Position numbers and translations under genes: made by a program
Part shown: piece after piece, positions 50,408 to 64,000 of the stretch
Layout of the letters: the number at the start of each line of letters is the position of its first letter
Numbering within the stretch: position 1 is the stretch's first letter
The notes under the pieces: generated by a model
Told to the model about the DNA's origin: nothing
Databases searched by the model: none
The model's input: the letters and a program-made list of their open reading frames with translations, nothing else
NCBI GenBank assembly: GCA_951406725.2
Contig: OX597830.1
Location: 40,920,001 to 40,984,000 of the forward strand
DNA from: Octopus vulgaris
Lineage: Eukaryota
DNA: 64,000 nt
Direction of reading: 5' to 3'

Positions 50408-50691
50408 TATATATATATATATGTATATCTATATAGAGGAAGATATATATATATGAGAGAGCGAGATTTATCAAACTTGTAAAAGCATAGGAAAATGGAC
50501 ATAAAAATGTTGATGATGATGGTATTTTAGATGTTTAGTTTATGGTGTGTGTTGACTAGCTTTTTATCCAATAAGATGAAGCAAAAAAAAAAAAAAGGTA
50601 AGATATTGAAAAGTGGTTCATTTGGTTGCTGAAAGGGGAGAAAATATCTACTGTATGTGTGTGTGTGTATGTATATATTAATATTTATATA

Positions 50692-50732
<41 letters not shown>

Positions 50733-51524
50733 GCATGTGTGTATGTATCAGACAGAAGTATTCTCTCTTAACAATATACTAAGTAATTTTTTACTTATTT
50801 ATTGACTACTACTGATGCAGTCCACCAGTGGCTAGTCTCCTGACATTCTACTGATTATATTCAATTATTCTATAAGCTAAATGCTGAAAATTCCTTCTTC
50901 CCTAACCCCTTCTGCCACTCTCCATTTCCATCCAACTCACATTCTATCCTCTATATATTGATTTGATTGGAAGAATTAATACCAGGTCTTTACAAGTGAA
51001 TTATCTCTAAACTTGTTTTGGCTATTTTAGTGTCACTGCTGATGTTAATCTCTATGCCAGGCAGTGTTGTATTTAAGCTGACAGAAAGCCAACATTTTAA
51101 ATTTGCAGAAATGAAATATCTTTTCTCCTTTTAAACAAAATTTCCAAACTGTTCGCAAATATTCAAATATCAAGGAATAATAATTTGCTTTGCTTCTCTT
51201 TTTTTTTTTTTTTTTTTGAGATGTTTAGACTGATTTGCCCCGCCCTCATATAGCTTCTGTTTAACTTAACTTCTTTGAACTATCTTACATGATTTCATCA
51301 CTCAGCTTTTATTATATATCTGAACTAAACCATCTAAATCTCCCCCTTTCCCCTCATTGATTTCATTCTGCTCCTTCTTTCACATTTAAAACCAATTCCA
51401 ACTCTTACTACGCTTATGCTTACACGCACATGCTCACACACACACAGAGGCACACAGAAGACAAACAGCAATAGAAATTATCCTCCAAGACTCAAGAGTT
51501 GCAGAGTACAACTATATATATCAT

Positions 51525-51875
51525 CATCATCAGATTTCCTACAGCTGGATGCTCTTCCTGCTGCCAACTTTCACCTGTTTCCAAACAAAGTAATATTTTC
51601 CTATAGCTAGACATGTTTTTCATTGAAGATTGGAAATGAATAACATTGCTGGTATGATGGTATGCTGGTAGACACCTGATGTCTAGGCAAATGTATGCTT
51701 GCTCTCTCTCTCTCTCTCATATCTGTAGGCGTTTTTTAGTTTCTGTCTACCAAATCCACTTATATTGCATTGGCGGACCTGGGGCTACAGTAGAAGACAT
51801 TTGTACAAGGTGCCAGACACTGGGACTGAACCTGAGTCCCTATGATTGGAAAGCAAGCTTCTTTACCACACAGCT
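51525..51875 (-). mobile_element. Degenerate family B variant SINE
   Basis: gtttctgtctaccaaatccac...tgggactgaacc...ttaccacacagc. Confidence 0.7.
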
Positions 51876-53288
51876 ATTGATTATCACTTTACAACCACTT
51901 TTCCATGCTGGCATGCGTCATTACATTTCCAGTCAATTCTAATTTAGAATTACTGCCCTCTGCTTAACATATCAGGAACATCTTGCTTCTGCAATTCATC
52001 TTTGACATGGTGTATAAAAGCACCCGTTTTACAGAATGTTCCCTGTGCATTTTATTGTGAAACCAGCACTAGAGAGGTTGTCATGTATTTAGCAAGATTT
52101 AGGAGTCCTCTCTACCCTACAGTGATTCCTTTCATTCACCAATAACTTTATAGAATTTGTTTGGGTATTTTAGGGGAAGCGGGGGCCAGCAGCCAACCAT
52201 CCAGAATACTTACTGTGCCAAGGGCTCATTAGAGGCTGCCATTATTAACATGATGGATGGCATGACTGATGGGGAGGTACCTGATCTTTGCATGTAGTTA
52301 CTTCTATGTTTGTATCAGGGTTGTCATTGGAGTGGTGGGTGGCTTTGTTGAATGTCTTATTTCTATGATGTATCTAATTGAAAGTTTGTGTAGGTTGGGA
52401 GCATATTGTTTGTTTTTTGGTGGCTTTGTTTAGTGTTTTGTTTTGCTGGTTGCTTGCTTATAGACTTTGTCTGCAAAAATAATGAACTGATCATGAATGA
52501 AACAGATTTGATCAGAGGTCTACTCCATCATTAGAGGCTAAACATCAACAACAATTAATTTTTTCTTTTTTTTTTTTTTTGATTGGTCAGAACAAAAGCA
52601 AAATTTCTCTAAATTTAGAACTACTATGAAATGTGGTTGTTATACAATTGCTTTATCAATACTAATTAGGTTTCCTAAACAACTATCTTTATTTACTTAG
52701 TCAATAAGCAATTGTCTTGGACTTGAATTATGTGCCTTGTCTTTTATGAAAGTATTTAGAGCTCTGTAACTGATGGTTCACTGTCAAAGAACCTGATAGG
52801 CTTATTATGTCTTTTGCTATTTTGTGGACTCTTTCAGTGATTGAACAATATTAAATCCTTACCGTAGCTACCTTTTACTCACTGTGTTTCCTAATACACA
52901 CTAAAAGAATTTTACGCCTATTTTGATTAATTTCGGTTTTGAACCTATTATTCCTATTTATACTTGATTTATTTTAATTGATTCTGCATGAAAGACTCAC
53001 TATTCTGCTTGTAGAACTACCAAAGTGTGCAATATTTAATTTTGTTGTTAGGGCTTTGGCTATTATCCATTATTATGTTTCAAACAACTACAACTTTTAA
53101 CAAACCACGTCTATAGATTTAACAGCATTTTTATTTAATGGACCATTTGCTTCTAATTTCTTCATTGCTCTCTCTTTCGCAGATTATATAATTTTTTTTC
53201 CCATACCTTAGTTAAGAAAAGGGACCATGCCCATGATCTACATGATCCCTCCAAGTTTTGTAAGATTAGTTCAGTTTATGTTCATGAT

Positions 53289-53609
53289 CTATGAAGGTAC
53301 CTGGCTCAGTGGTTAGGGTATTTGGCCTGTTGTTGTAAGGTCATGAGTTCAATTTCTGGTGGCATGTTTGTGTCCTTGAGCAAGACACTTTATTTCATGT
53401 TGTTCCAATCCACTCGGCTGGCAAAAATGAATTGTACCTGTAATTCAAAAGGTACCAGCCTTGTCACATTCTATATCACACTGAATCTCCCCGAGAACTA
53501 CATTATGGCTAAGTATGTCTTTCAAGTGCTCAGCTACTTGCACATTAATTTCTTGAGCTGGCTGTTCTGCTGATTGGCTCAACTGGAACACTCACCAGAG
53601 AGCCAGGCC
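53289..53609 (+). mobile_element. Family E SINE with 11-bp TSD
   Basis: TSD atgttcatgat at 53278-53288 and 53610-53620. Confidence 0.85.
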
Positions 53610-53699
53610 ATGTTCATGATAGAACTTGATAAAATGTCTTCTGAGAAAAAAATTGTGTTTTGTGATAATTTCATTTTGTATTTCATTTTAGTATTTGGT

Positions 53700-53925
53700 T
53701 TGCAAGATTCTTGATGTTGAAACAGATTTTGTTGTATCTCAGGAGGGTCATTATGCCACTTGTAAACACATATGCACTGGTTCTATTTCACTTCTGTTAA
53801 TATTGTTAATCAACTAGTTCAATATTGAATCAATTTACTAATTGATTATTTGATTGATTGTTTGGTCAGTTTGGTCAATTAATCAATCAGCTCAGTTCGT
53901 CAAAGTTCTTTTGTCACCCTTCATG
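53700..53925. repeat. Unclassified interspersed repeat (second copy ~61600-61800)
   Basis: Shared ggagggtcatt...atgcactggttc...cgtcaaagttc(t/c)tttgtcac. Confidence 0.65.
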
Positions 53926-56516
53926 TATATAGTATAGTAATGATTTCTAAAGTAAGCATAAAACTGCAAATTTTTATTAGGTTAGGGAGCAGTTGATTAA
54001 ATTGACTGTAGTTCTAGACCCAAACCTTATTTTATGCTGAAAATAAAGTGAACCTGGCTGGGAATTGAACTCAAAATGTAAAAGGATGTGACAAAATATT
54101 GCAAGTTGTTTTGTTTTGCACTCTACTGGTGGTTCTCCCAATTCACCATTCATTCTGTACGATATATTATTATATTGTAATTCTTTATAATAGAATTTAT
54201 TATATTTGTCATGTGTACTTTCTCCATTCCTCAGTCAAGAACAAAACAAATTGAATAGTATCTTTCACTGAATTTCAACTAAATAACATAATTCTTTCGA
54301 AAAAGGCAACAGAATCATTGTATTCAGTCTTTTAGTACATGACTTTGACATTTCCTCCTTGTCTGTGACAACAAAATGAAAACTGAGGAAAATGTTGAAA
54401 TGTTGGAACCACACGGACACTTTATCTAAATTCTCTAACTATAAAGAGAATTCATGATTAAAATATCTGTCACTTCTGACAACATAGTTACACTAATTAG
54501 GAATAATACTTTCGTGGATCCTCATTGGTTGTATATAACGACCGAAATGAATGGCATCTATCTTAATTTTGTTTCGTTGTGAATATATATCTACTGTTCT
54601 CATTAACTGGTCTATTAGCTTTATACCTCCATTGTTTCTCCACTCTTTTGTCCCCCCCCCCCACTTACCATTATGTCTTTTTCTGTTTTTGATTGTTGTT
54701 TTTGTTTTTCGAATTGATTGCAGAAATCTACATAATAAACAGATTAAAATAGTCTGCATTACAGCTGTTCCTGTGATTTATTTATAAACCTTTTACAGTT
54801 GCAGAGCTTAAAATCTATAGAACTTCTCCTCTGTTATGTATTAGCAATTGACTTGAGTAATTTTAACAAATGTTATCTAGTTTTATAGATTTCACCAGAA
54901 TCACAGTGTTGTTTGTGTAAGCTTCATCTCACCCATTCATACTGCAATGTTTCTAAATATGTTTTACTTGCTATTCAAATCGACCATAATAACATGAAAA
55001 TTGTCAATTTTTGCTACAGCTTCTCCAATATTATATCCTCAGGCAATTCTCCTTCTGACCTTAATTAATGTAGAATATTGCTAATTGTTGCAATTGAACA
55101 CACATACATTTGTCTGCTGTATTATCTAAATACAAATAATCTTCATTTTCTATCGGGTTTATTTTATTTCACTTTAATATCTCGTCATCATATAACACTT
55201 GATAAAAATAAATGTTTTTAGTGAAAATTTACACAAGCAAAAAAAAAAATTGTGGTTATTTTGACTTTGCTGTTGTATTTTTTGCCATTCTACACAAAAA
55301 GATCTCTGCATCATTTACAGCTACCATTCCCATCTTCTCTTTCTATGACACAGCATATTTTACTGGTGTTGATTGAAGTATGAGGTTAGCGTTATTACCC
55401 ATTGTGCTATTTCCTCTGGCACTGATGGTACATTAGCTGCTGACATTCAGTCTATAAATGTGCATGATTATATTAAGGTCAACCAGCTTAAAGCAGCCTG
55501 CAACAGGAAGTACAGCTATCATGTGATTAAAACTTCCTGTGGATTTGTATGTGATTTTGTTGATTTGTGTTGTGTTCTGAAAGTATATTTGATTTATAGA
55601 TAAGCATATTATGTTTAAATTATGAATCTGTTGCTGAGGTTTTACTGCAACAAAACATGGAAAACGTAGCCATGAAATACTGTCATTTCATAACAGCAAC
55701 TGCAGTATTTGAAAATGCTGTTATGCATGCTTTGAGAATTAATAGCCTAATGAATGCTATAATATTTATTATGTGTTACATTGATACAGTAACACATCAA
55801 TATAGATTCATGTCAGTGGTAATTTGGTGACTGCCATTGAACAGAGCTAATACCAGAAGCCAGGATCAATTCTTGGTTGCAGTCAGAACATTTCGCATTA
55901 CATCACAAAATGTCTTTTTGAGAAAAGGCATGAATGCCATGCAGTCTCGTTTTTATCCTTCCATAAATTTTAGAGGTTTTTGTTTACTTATGAAATCAAT
56001 ACAGTCATGTGTCACAATGGTAATTATATACACTCGCACACAACACATGTACGCATAAACACACACACACACACACAAATACATGCATATACACACATTT
56101 CAATAATTTCCCTTTGAAATTATCAAAGGAAACTGAACTTCTTTAGTGCATTTGTATGAATTCATTATAGTTTCATATGAACTTATAAATTAATTGAAAT
56201 TTATGAAGTGTGCTTTGCTTATGTGACCATCACAATATGATTAGCCAATCAAGGCTCTTTGATGGCCTTGAGATAATTACGTGTTTTGTTTTAGGTTACT
56301 TTGTATTATAAGTGTGAAAGGAATATAAATGTAATTGTTGTTGTTTTGCTTCCTGTGAACTCTTCGTTTAATGGCGAGATTGTTTAACGAGTCATTAAGG
56401 CTACATTTTTTATTTATGCATTTATATATAAATAAAAAATATTTCTGTTTTCAATTCAGCTTCTAATAAATATATAATGTTGTTTTCAATTGTTCTGCAT
56501 GTAATATGGCCTTTTA

Positions 56517-56760
56517 GGGTGCATGGCTTAGTGGTTAAGGTGTTGCACTCATGGTCATGAGATTGTGGTTTCAGTTCCTGGACTGGGTGGTGCATTGTGC
56601 TTTTTAAGCAAAGCATTTCATCTTGCTTTGTTCTACAATCATTTCGACGCCTAACGTGTGGCCTTCTTGTGCACCTGTACAAGCAATGTTGATTTGATGG
56701 AGGGAGTGAGCTAATGTGTGGCCTGAACATTTAATCCCTATAAACAAATCATCTGTGTGG
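56517..56760 (+). mobile_element. Family E SINE
   Basis: gggtgcatggcttagtggttaagg...gatggagggagtgagctaatgtg; matches copies at 26123 and 45918. Confidence 0.8.
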
Positions 56761-57414
56761 CTTTCTCAGACTAGGAGAGGCTACTGTCAACATGACCTCT
56801 ATATGAATCAAGATAGATAACAAAAATATAGTGTCTCACTCACGCTATCCCTTAAAACAAAGCAAAAAGAAAAAAGAAAATAACAAAAAAATCCAAACAA
56901 AAATAATGAGGATGGGGAAGGAGGAGGGTGTCATCAATATGATTTATATCCTGATGTTGTCAACAGTCATAAGTAAGAGGTACTTGTAAATTACTTTAAA
57001 TTCTTTTGTCGAGGTCAAATAAAAGTGTTATCTCTATTGTTTTCGTGAGTTTACAAAAAGAGAACTTGTGTACCAGGAGGGGAGGGGGCCTAATTTATTC
57101 TTATCAAACAATATATAAACTATATATACTTACACATATACACACATACATAAATACATACATACATTATATATATATAGCTATATCTATACACACACAC
57201 ACAACTTTCTGTCTTGATATAAGAGGGAAAGCCTATTCTTGTTTTCATTTTGATTCCAAATTGGTTGAATACGGAATGATGGTGGTGGTGGTGGTGGTGT
57301 GGGGGAACAATGTGACTTTAGAAGTCAACTTGCTTGTTTTATAATTCGGAATTAGTTACTTCATAACAAAACTTGAACATTACCTGCTTTATAAAATTAT
57401 AAGTAAAACTTTTC

Positions 57415-57870
57415 CATCTTGTTTTACTTGTTTGTGTCATTGGACCCTGGCCATGCTGGGGCAGCACTTTGAAGTGTTTTAGCTGAACAAATCGACCCCA
57501 GTACTTATTTTTCTTTTTAAGTCTGGTATCAATAATTTTTGCCAAGGCCATTAAGTTATGGGAATGTAAACAAACCAATACCAGTTGTTAAGTGGTGGTG
57601 GTGGTGGTGGGTGACTGCTTGGGAAACCTAGGTGTTGTAAGCATTTCTTTTGAAAAATGTCAGTGCCCCAGCATGGCTGCAGCCTCAAGGCTAAAAGTAT
57701 AAAAGAATAAAAGAATATATACACAGAATGGGCTTCCACACAGTTTCTGTCTACCAAATTCAATCACAAGGCATTGGTTGGCTCAGAGCTGTAGTAGAAG
57801 ATATGTGTCCAAGGTGCTGCACTGTAGGACTGCAACCACATGGTTGCAAAGCAAGGTTCTTAACCACACA
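57415..57870 (-). mobile_element. Family B SINE, degenerate or composite
   Basis: ttttacttgtttgtgtcattgg...ccatgctggggc...gtttctgtctaccaaatt...ttaaccacac. Confidence 0.75.
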
Positions 57871-57896
57871 AAAATAACTGCAACTTATCATTCACA

Positions 57897-57947
<51 letters not shown>

Positions 57948-58629
57948 TGCCCTGATGCAATACCAGGCTCTCATAGCTTTTGATCTTAAATGATTGGAAG
58001 TGTTATCATGTATATTGTTTTGTCTTGGTATAAAAGATGGGCTACAGAAAATATTCTACCACAAATTTGCTTGTCAGTTGCTTGCCCTTAACCAGTTGAG
58101 TATGTCACTTAGTGGCTGACAATATGTACATCTCTGATCATGAGCAGAAGTAGTGGAGGAGCATCATAGCTATGTGTTGAGAGGAATTTTTTGGGGTTTG
58201 GATTATTCACCTTTGGAAACATGGGTGTTTTGTTTATCATCCTTAAACATTATTCAGGGACCTTTTGAGCGGGATGGGCTACTCAATCTGAAGAAGATTC
58301 TAACTGGGCTCTACCTGTTTATCTTGATAGATCACCATGTCGCGCACATATGGTTGTGATGCATGTGCCTAGTGTACCCTTATCAGATGAGTATATTGGG
58401 CTTTGTATATTTGTGTCCCAGTGTCACTCTGATGACATGCGCTGCTCTCTCATTCAATAATAATGATAAATGTTTTGACAGACATTTTTTTTAACAATAT
58501 TCTGTGCAAAACCAGATATATGGTACCCTGATCATAACACCAACTTGAATTTCTAACTTGTCTCTTGAGGTCTTTGGCTGAAACTTGGAGTCAACTTGTA
58601 CAAATACAAAGCAAAAGGCAAACATATAA

Positions 58630-59105
58630 TAATAGCAAAAAAACATATGAATAAAAACATAGAAGTTACACCTTGATCCTCAACACTACAGACTATCCAA
58701 AAAATAGCCCTGCTAAGAACAATCCACATCCTACATAAGACACTATCAATTCAACAATACAACCTAAACAAAACAATCCACAATCACAAGACACATTTTA
58801 TACAGCAAATATCCAATGAAATAAACTGCCACCAGCAGGCCGCGTACCCAATGCGTTACACATGCAACACACAATACAAACACTAATACAGCAAAAAACT
58901 GCATGACACCTAATAAAAAAGGAAACTGATGCAATACAATACCCTGAAGAGTTTGTGCACCACTAACAAAAAAAACAAAACACACACACACACACACATA
59001 ATGCTGCACATACCTCAGCAACATGGAGATATAGCAGGTGATGTAGAAATTTGTCTGAAACTATCAAATGTTGAACATTGATGATAATAATAATAATCAT
59101 AATAA
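58630..59105 (+). mobile_element. R4/Dong-clade LINE 3' end
   Basis: TLQTIQKIALLRTIHILHKTLSIQ matches the R4 C-terminal motif QKxxLLGTAxILRxxL; followed by a 3' UTR and a (TAA)n tail. Confidence 0.75.
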
Positions 59106-59624
59106 AAAAAAAAACATTCTTCAACCTTTTCCTGCATTTGTCCTTTTTGTCAGCTCACAACTTAAAAACTCCTTTTGGCTACATATGTCTTCTTGTATAT
59201 CCTGTAAAGTTGAAATTCTTAATGTCTATAATTCTTGAGTATAAGTTTTGCTTTTCATCTGAACAAAGTCAGGAGTAATGCATATGTGATTCTACATCAC
59301 AATCTTAAGAATATATATATTTAGTACAACCCAAAAATAACTTTTGAATTAAAATCTCTCAAGAGGAAGATTTAAATTACATATATATTCTATACATTCT
59401 TAAGTTTCAAGTGTCTTCAATGAAAAGATTAATTAGAGAATTTTCCTCCAGACTTGCTGTTCAAATTTGTTTTAGTGGGTCTTGTTTTGCTGATAGTACA
59501 CTGATCTGGGATTTACTAAATTTCCTATAACTTCTAAGTGTATCTGAAATCTATTTATTTCATTGATTTCTAAAGTTGATGTCAACCGTCTTCTTTCTTA
59601 GAGCTAAACTTATATGATGTATGT

Positions 59625-59993
59625 ATCTTTTATCTTTTACTTCTTTCTATATTTCGAAGGCAACCATACTGAGGCACTACTTTGAAAAGTTTAGTTGAAC
59701 AAATTGATCCTAGTTCTTACTTTTTAAAGATCGGTACTTATTCTGTTAGTCTCTTTGCCAAACTGCTGTGTTATGGGGTTTTAAATAAACCAACACTGAT
59801 TGTCAAGCAGTGGTAAGGGACAAAAACAAACATACGCACATATGGTGGGCTTCTTTCAGTTTCTATCTACAAGGCTTTGGTTGACCTGGTGCTATAGTAG
59901 AAGACACTTACCTGAGGTGCTGCACAGTGGGACTGAACCCAAGACCACATAGTCAGGTAGAAAGGTTCTTACCCACACAGCCATGCCTGCACC
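59625..59993 (-). mobile_element. Family B SINE, degenerate
   Basis: Colinear with the 30679-31081 copy. Confidence 0.8.
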
Positions 59994-60739
59994 TGTAATA
60001 TACAATTTTTCTTATTTAGATTTGATTTATTCTGGATCTCATTTTCTTCTTTCGTTAAACTTTAGTTCTTCAAGATTAAAAATAAAGTGAAACTCAGTTT
60101 TACTGTTCAAGAATTTTCCATTATCATGAATCCTTTTGTAGAGAAATGATCTTATAGTCTTCTCCTTGGTTCACTTTCTTTCCTTAGATGTCTGTCACTC
60201 ACAGAGGATTTCCTTCCATGTCTGTAGGTTTTGCCAAATGTGCAGTATCAGTAATGGTTATTCTTCATTTCTTTAGATCATTTTCAACCAGATATTTCTC
60301 AGTGCAATTTTCTGTACTTTGACATTCTTATGGCTGAAGACATGCAAATACTTTGTAACAGCAGCTTTTAGTAGCCATACCAGCTCATCTGCAGTTTCAG
60401 AATGAATTCAGAAACTGTCAGTTGGAAAAAGAATGTTAATCAAATGTAACTGTTTCCATGAAACTTCCAAAGTTCAGCAAAGCAAAGGTAGAGCATTTGA
60501 AAGACTTTCAGCAAATCGAAATCACATTAGACAAGTTTCTTCAATCAAAGACTAAAACCAAAACGATGACTTATTTGAAGAAATACTTCTGCTGCACATC
60601 TCTCTTCTCCTTCCAACATAAGATTAAAATATATTTAACCAACCTGTATTTTCATGATACCTCCACCTTGATTTTCTCAGAGTTCACTAAAGAATAGAAA
60701 AATTGGGAAAGAGCGAATGAAAATTGAAATACTAATAGT

Positions 60740-61182
60740 GCAGGGCTGTAGTTGAAGGTATTTGCCAAAGGTGCCATTCAGTTCCACTGTTTAACATTTT
60801 GGAAAAATGTCTTCTACTATAGCCCTGGGTCAATCAAAGCCATGTGAGTGAATTTATTTGGTAGTCAGAAACTGAAAGAAACCTGTTGTGTGTATGTGTG
60901 TGTATGTATACATATGTGTGTGTTTGTGTGTGTGTGTGTGTGTGTGCTTATGTGTACCGTTGTCTAGATGTTCTGTGATGGTTGTAAATTTTCTGCATCA
61001 ACATATAAGTGAAGTTGTTTGTTTCCAGCCTTCCATGAAAAACACACTGGCCATAGATAAATATTACCTTGTTTGGAAACAGGTGAGTGTTGATGACAGG
61101 AAGGACATGTGGCTGTAGAAAATCTGGCTCAATATATTCCAAGCATGGAAAAGTGGACATTAAATGATGATGATGATGATGA
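60740..61182 (+). mobile_element. Family B variant SINE with RTE-type (GAT)n tail
   Basis: tgtcttctactatagccctggg...aagcatggaaaagtggacattaaatgatgatg. Confidence 0.75.
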
Positions 61183-61909
61183 ACTTGGACATAAAGGCAT
61201 ATCACTCTTAATGTCCCAATCCACCAAATAGATATCTCGTGGTATGACAATTCACTGCTGTAAATGGTAGCTTGAAGCGTTAAGCTAAAATGATTGATAG
61301 AGAGAAATCATCACCATGTATGTTTCCCAACTTTGAAATGGCTACTTTGTCATCTGAAGTCAGTCAGTCTAATTATCTATAAAGCAATATCTCTGGATAG
61401 AATACCCTGATCAGTTGGGATATTTTTCTTTGTCTCATTCTTGTGTGTAACGGTAAATATATTATTGGCTAAATACTTAACCAAATGCAGAGTTTCCATA
61501 TTTGTAAGATAGGGAAAATTGGGTTGTTGGATCATTTATTCTTTATCCAGTGTTCATATTTGCAATGTAGGTAAATGAAATAGTTATAGCTGGGAATCAT
61601 ATCTAAGAAACAATACATTTCGTGTTTTGTCTTGGGAGGGTCATTGCACCAATAATATCAACACACATGCACTGGTTCAATATCAGTTCTTTGGTGTTAG
61701 TTAAATTAGTTAAATAACTAACCAATTAACTAATCAATGTACTGGTTAAACAATCAATTAGGTTTTTGTACGTCAAAGTTCCTTTGTCACTGTTCGCAAC
61801 CTTTTCAATGACCGCCCCCCCAGGTCTGCTCTGAGTCTTGCTAGCCTAATGCAAAAGATGAAATACATTACTCTATTGTAATGTTTACTAGTTGACCAGA
61901 TTTTCAGCT

Positions 61910-62330
61910 TTACAATTTATGGGTCATGAGGTTGTTTATTTGGCCAATTTTGGTATGAAATCCATGGTTACAGTGGGTGCATGTAATAACAGAATCAGGA
62001 CCTGGTGGTACTCTTGCTTTCCATGCAGCTCTCCACTCCCTTTTGCTTCTCTGATCATTTCTGATCCTGAGTATTGTATCTCAGAATACACAGCACTATG
62101 CCACAGTGAACAATCTTGAGCAAGATATTCCAAAGTTGGCCATTTTAAACTACACTTTTTCAAAGTTGTCTTGAGCATCTCTTTGTATCTCTTCTTTGGC
62201 TCACCACCTGACCAAGAGTCAGCTGGTTGTCTAAAAAGATGTCTTCAGGGAGTCTGGACTCAAGAATGCCACTTCATGTCCACTCCACCACAGCTGGAAT
62301 TTACTTAAAGCACGTATGCTTGACAAATAA
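61910..62330 (-). pseudogene. RTE LINE ORF2 C-terminus with terminal C2H2-type zinc finger
   Basis: FQLWWSGH...GGEPKKRYKEMLKTTLKKCSLKWPTLEYLAQDCSLW... and, after a frameshift, ITCTHCNHGFHTKIGQINNLMTHKL*. Compare RTE QLRWxGH...GGQKKRYKDTLK...TCPxCxRxFxxxIGLxSHxRTH. Confidence 0.88.
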
Positions 62331-62361
62331 GTTCTCACTAATCTAACTAGACACACACTTG

Positions 62362-62392
<31 letters not shown>

Positions 62393-64000
62393 TATGTATA
62401 TGTGTATTTCTCTTTCTCCATTTTTCCTTAATTTTTTTTTTCTCTCTCCATGCCTATCCTATCTTTCAGAAGAAGAGTGAATGCTTGAAATGTAAAAGAC
62501 ATTTCCTTTTTTTTCTCCATTTCCTGAGCATCAACCTAATGCCAACCCTGTTTATTATTTTTTTTTGCCTCATCCTTGCATTGTATTCTTACTCCTCACA
62601 CACACACGCATATAAATACACACACACAGATACATATACATGTATATACACAAATGCATACACACACACACACACACACACACACGCATATCCATATCCA
62701 TATATATATCCAAGAGCTGAATAAAGCAGGAAGTTCAGTTAAACTTTTTATTATAACCTCATAAATTACAGAAGTTGGATATATATATGAATTTATACAG
62801 AGTTCTTAGAAATGGTTAAACTGTTATGCTCTCTCAATAAAAATAGCAACTTTTCAATGTGTGTGTGTGTGTATACCTATTTCAAAATGAATATTATTTT
62901 GCTTTTCTCTTACTGATTTCCAAAATGAGTGACAACTGCTACAATATTGTCCTCCATAGAAGACTATTTTCATCATGATTCATGCAGACTTCCGTAGTCA
63001 TTTATTTCAGATATTTAGAGATTGTTCTTATAAATAAAAAAGCAGTAAAAAGCAGCCATTTGTTTTCTAAGGAATGTTAATGTTTTTGTTTTTGCTTTTA
63101 TTAAATCTCATTGTTACCATTATTTTCTTTTTCACTCGATAGCAAACACTTTCCACATTGCCCAGTTATTTTGTACTTGGTTAAGTATTATAATGTTTGA
63201 TTTGATATCTGACATAAGCTTTTGAGGAATTTTAAATTATTGCCAGATGGTAGAACAGAACTTGTTTTGTGGAGTGTCACAATATAATTAAAATGTTCCA
63301 TCCTAACCGATGTTGTTGATAAAAAAGAGATGACGGATGTTCTTCTACTAATCTAAAAATGGAAGAGCTCTAGACAAACTAGATGAAGCCTAGCTATTTA
63401 CTGTTTAGCTATTCACTAAAACCATATTTAATAATTCAAAAAGATATGATGTTAGCTAAATTTTTGTTTGCCATTTGCTTTCAAATATAAAAGTAAATTT
63501 ATCTGAAATATTGTTAGTGATATGATGTTCTGTATTATTAATTGATTCGTTTATGTGTATATCTTGCCTTGAAGCATCAACCATTGTTTGATCCCATTAG
63601 TTTTATACATACATAATATATGTGTGTGTGTGTATGTCTTTACATACATATGTGTGTGTGTGTGTGTATCTTTACATACATATGTGTGTGTGCGTATATA
63701 TATATATATATATATATCTGTATTTATACACACACACACACATGCATATATGAATGCATTTGTTTTCCTTTATACTTTATCTCCCAAAGTAATAGAGTCC
63801 ACTGACCTTTGCAACTTTTATTTATGAATTCTATCATTTCAATGTGAATTACCAATAATTGTTAAATTTTCCCTTTTTTTGTATTCCCTCCTTCACGTTT
63901 TTTTTTCTTTCCAGTTAACTTTTGAAAGCTTTGACAAATTCTAAATTACTTTTTGAAGTAGCTAACTTACACTTTTTTTTTATTTTGTATAATGGAGTTA

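Noticed and set aside
54200-54410. Two CTGAGGA...GAAA matches (minus ~54230, plus ~54383)
   Set aside because: No stem I complementarity; chance matches.
55373-55603. 76-aa ORF in the repeat-free island
   Set aside because: No recognisable domain or convincing splice sites.
60060-60700. Possible LINE RT/thumb remnant or 79-aa ORF
   Set aside because: Only vague motif resemblance; cannot be supported without a search.

Overview
AT-rich, repeat-dense eukaryotic non-coding DNA. The tRNA-headed SINE families, RTE LINE tails and long (TA)n/(TATG)n arrays look like an octopus (coleoid cephalopod) genome; this is my recognition, not a database result. I find no confidently identifiable host protein-coding gene. 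Most listed ORFs are translations of microsatellites or SINEs. Recognisable content: many SINEs (several with clear TSDs), degraded LINE fragments (RTE, R4/Dong), a Penelope-like GIY-YIG remnant, a possible Gypsy RT remnant, and hAT, piggyBac-like and Tc1/pogo MITEs or termini. The main signal is a set of type I hammerhead ribozyme (HHR) motifs from several sequence-distinct families. Cores are intact at 4036-4079(-), 30033-30127(-), 49206-49289(+) and 3085-3143(+); variant or degenerate copies lie at 1392, 2000, 2882, 19251, 30368 and 32883. Most have a palindromic or near-palindromic minimal stem III. They sit in short non-coding units in or beside (TA)n arrays, and at least twice occur as head-to-head inverted pairs. 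This points to Penelope-dependent, TA-associated, ribozyme-bearing non-autonomous retroelements. All motifs and folds were read by eye.
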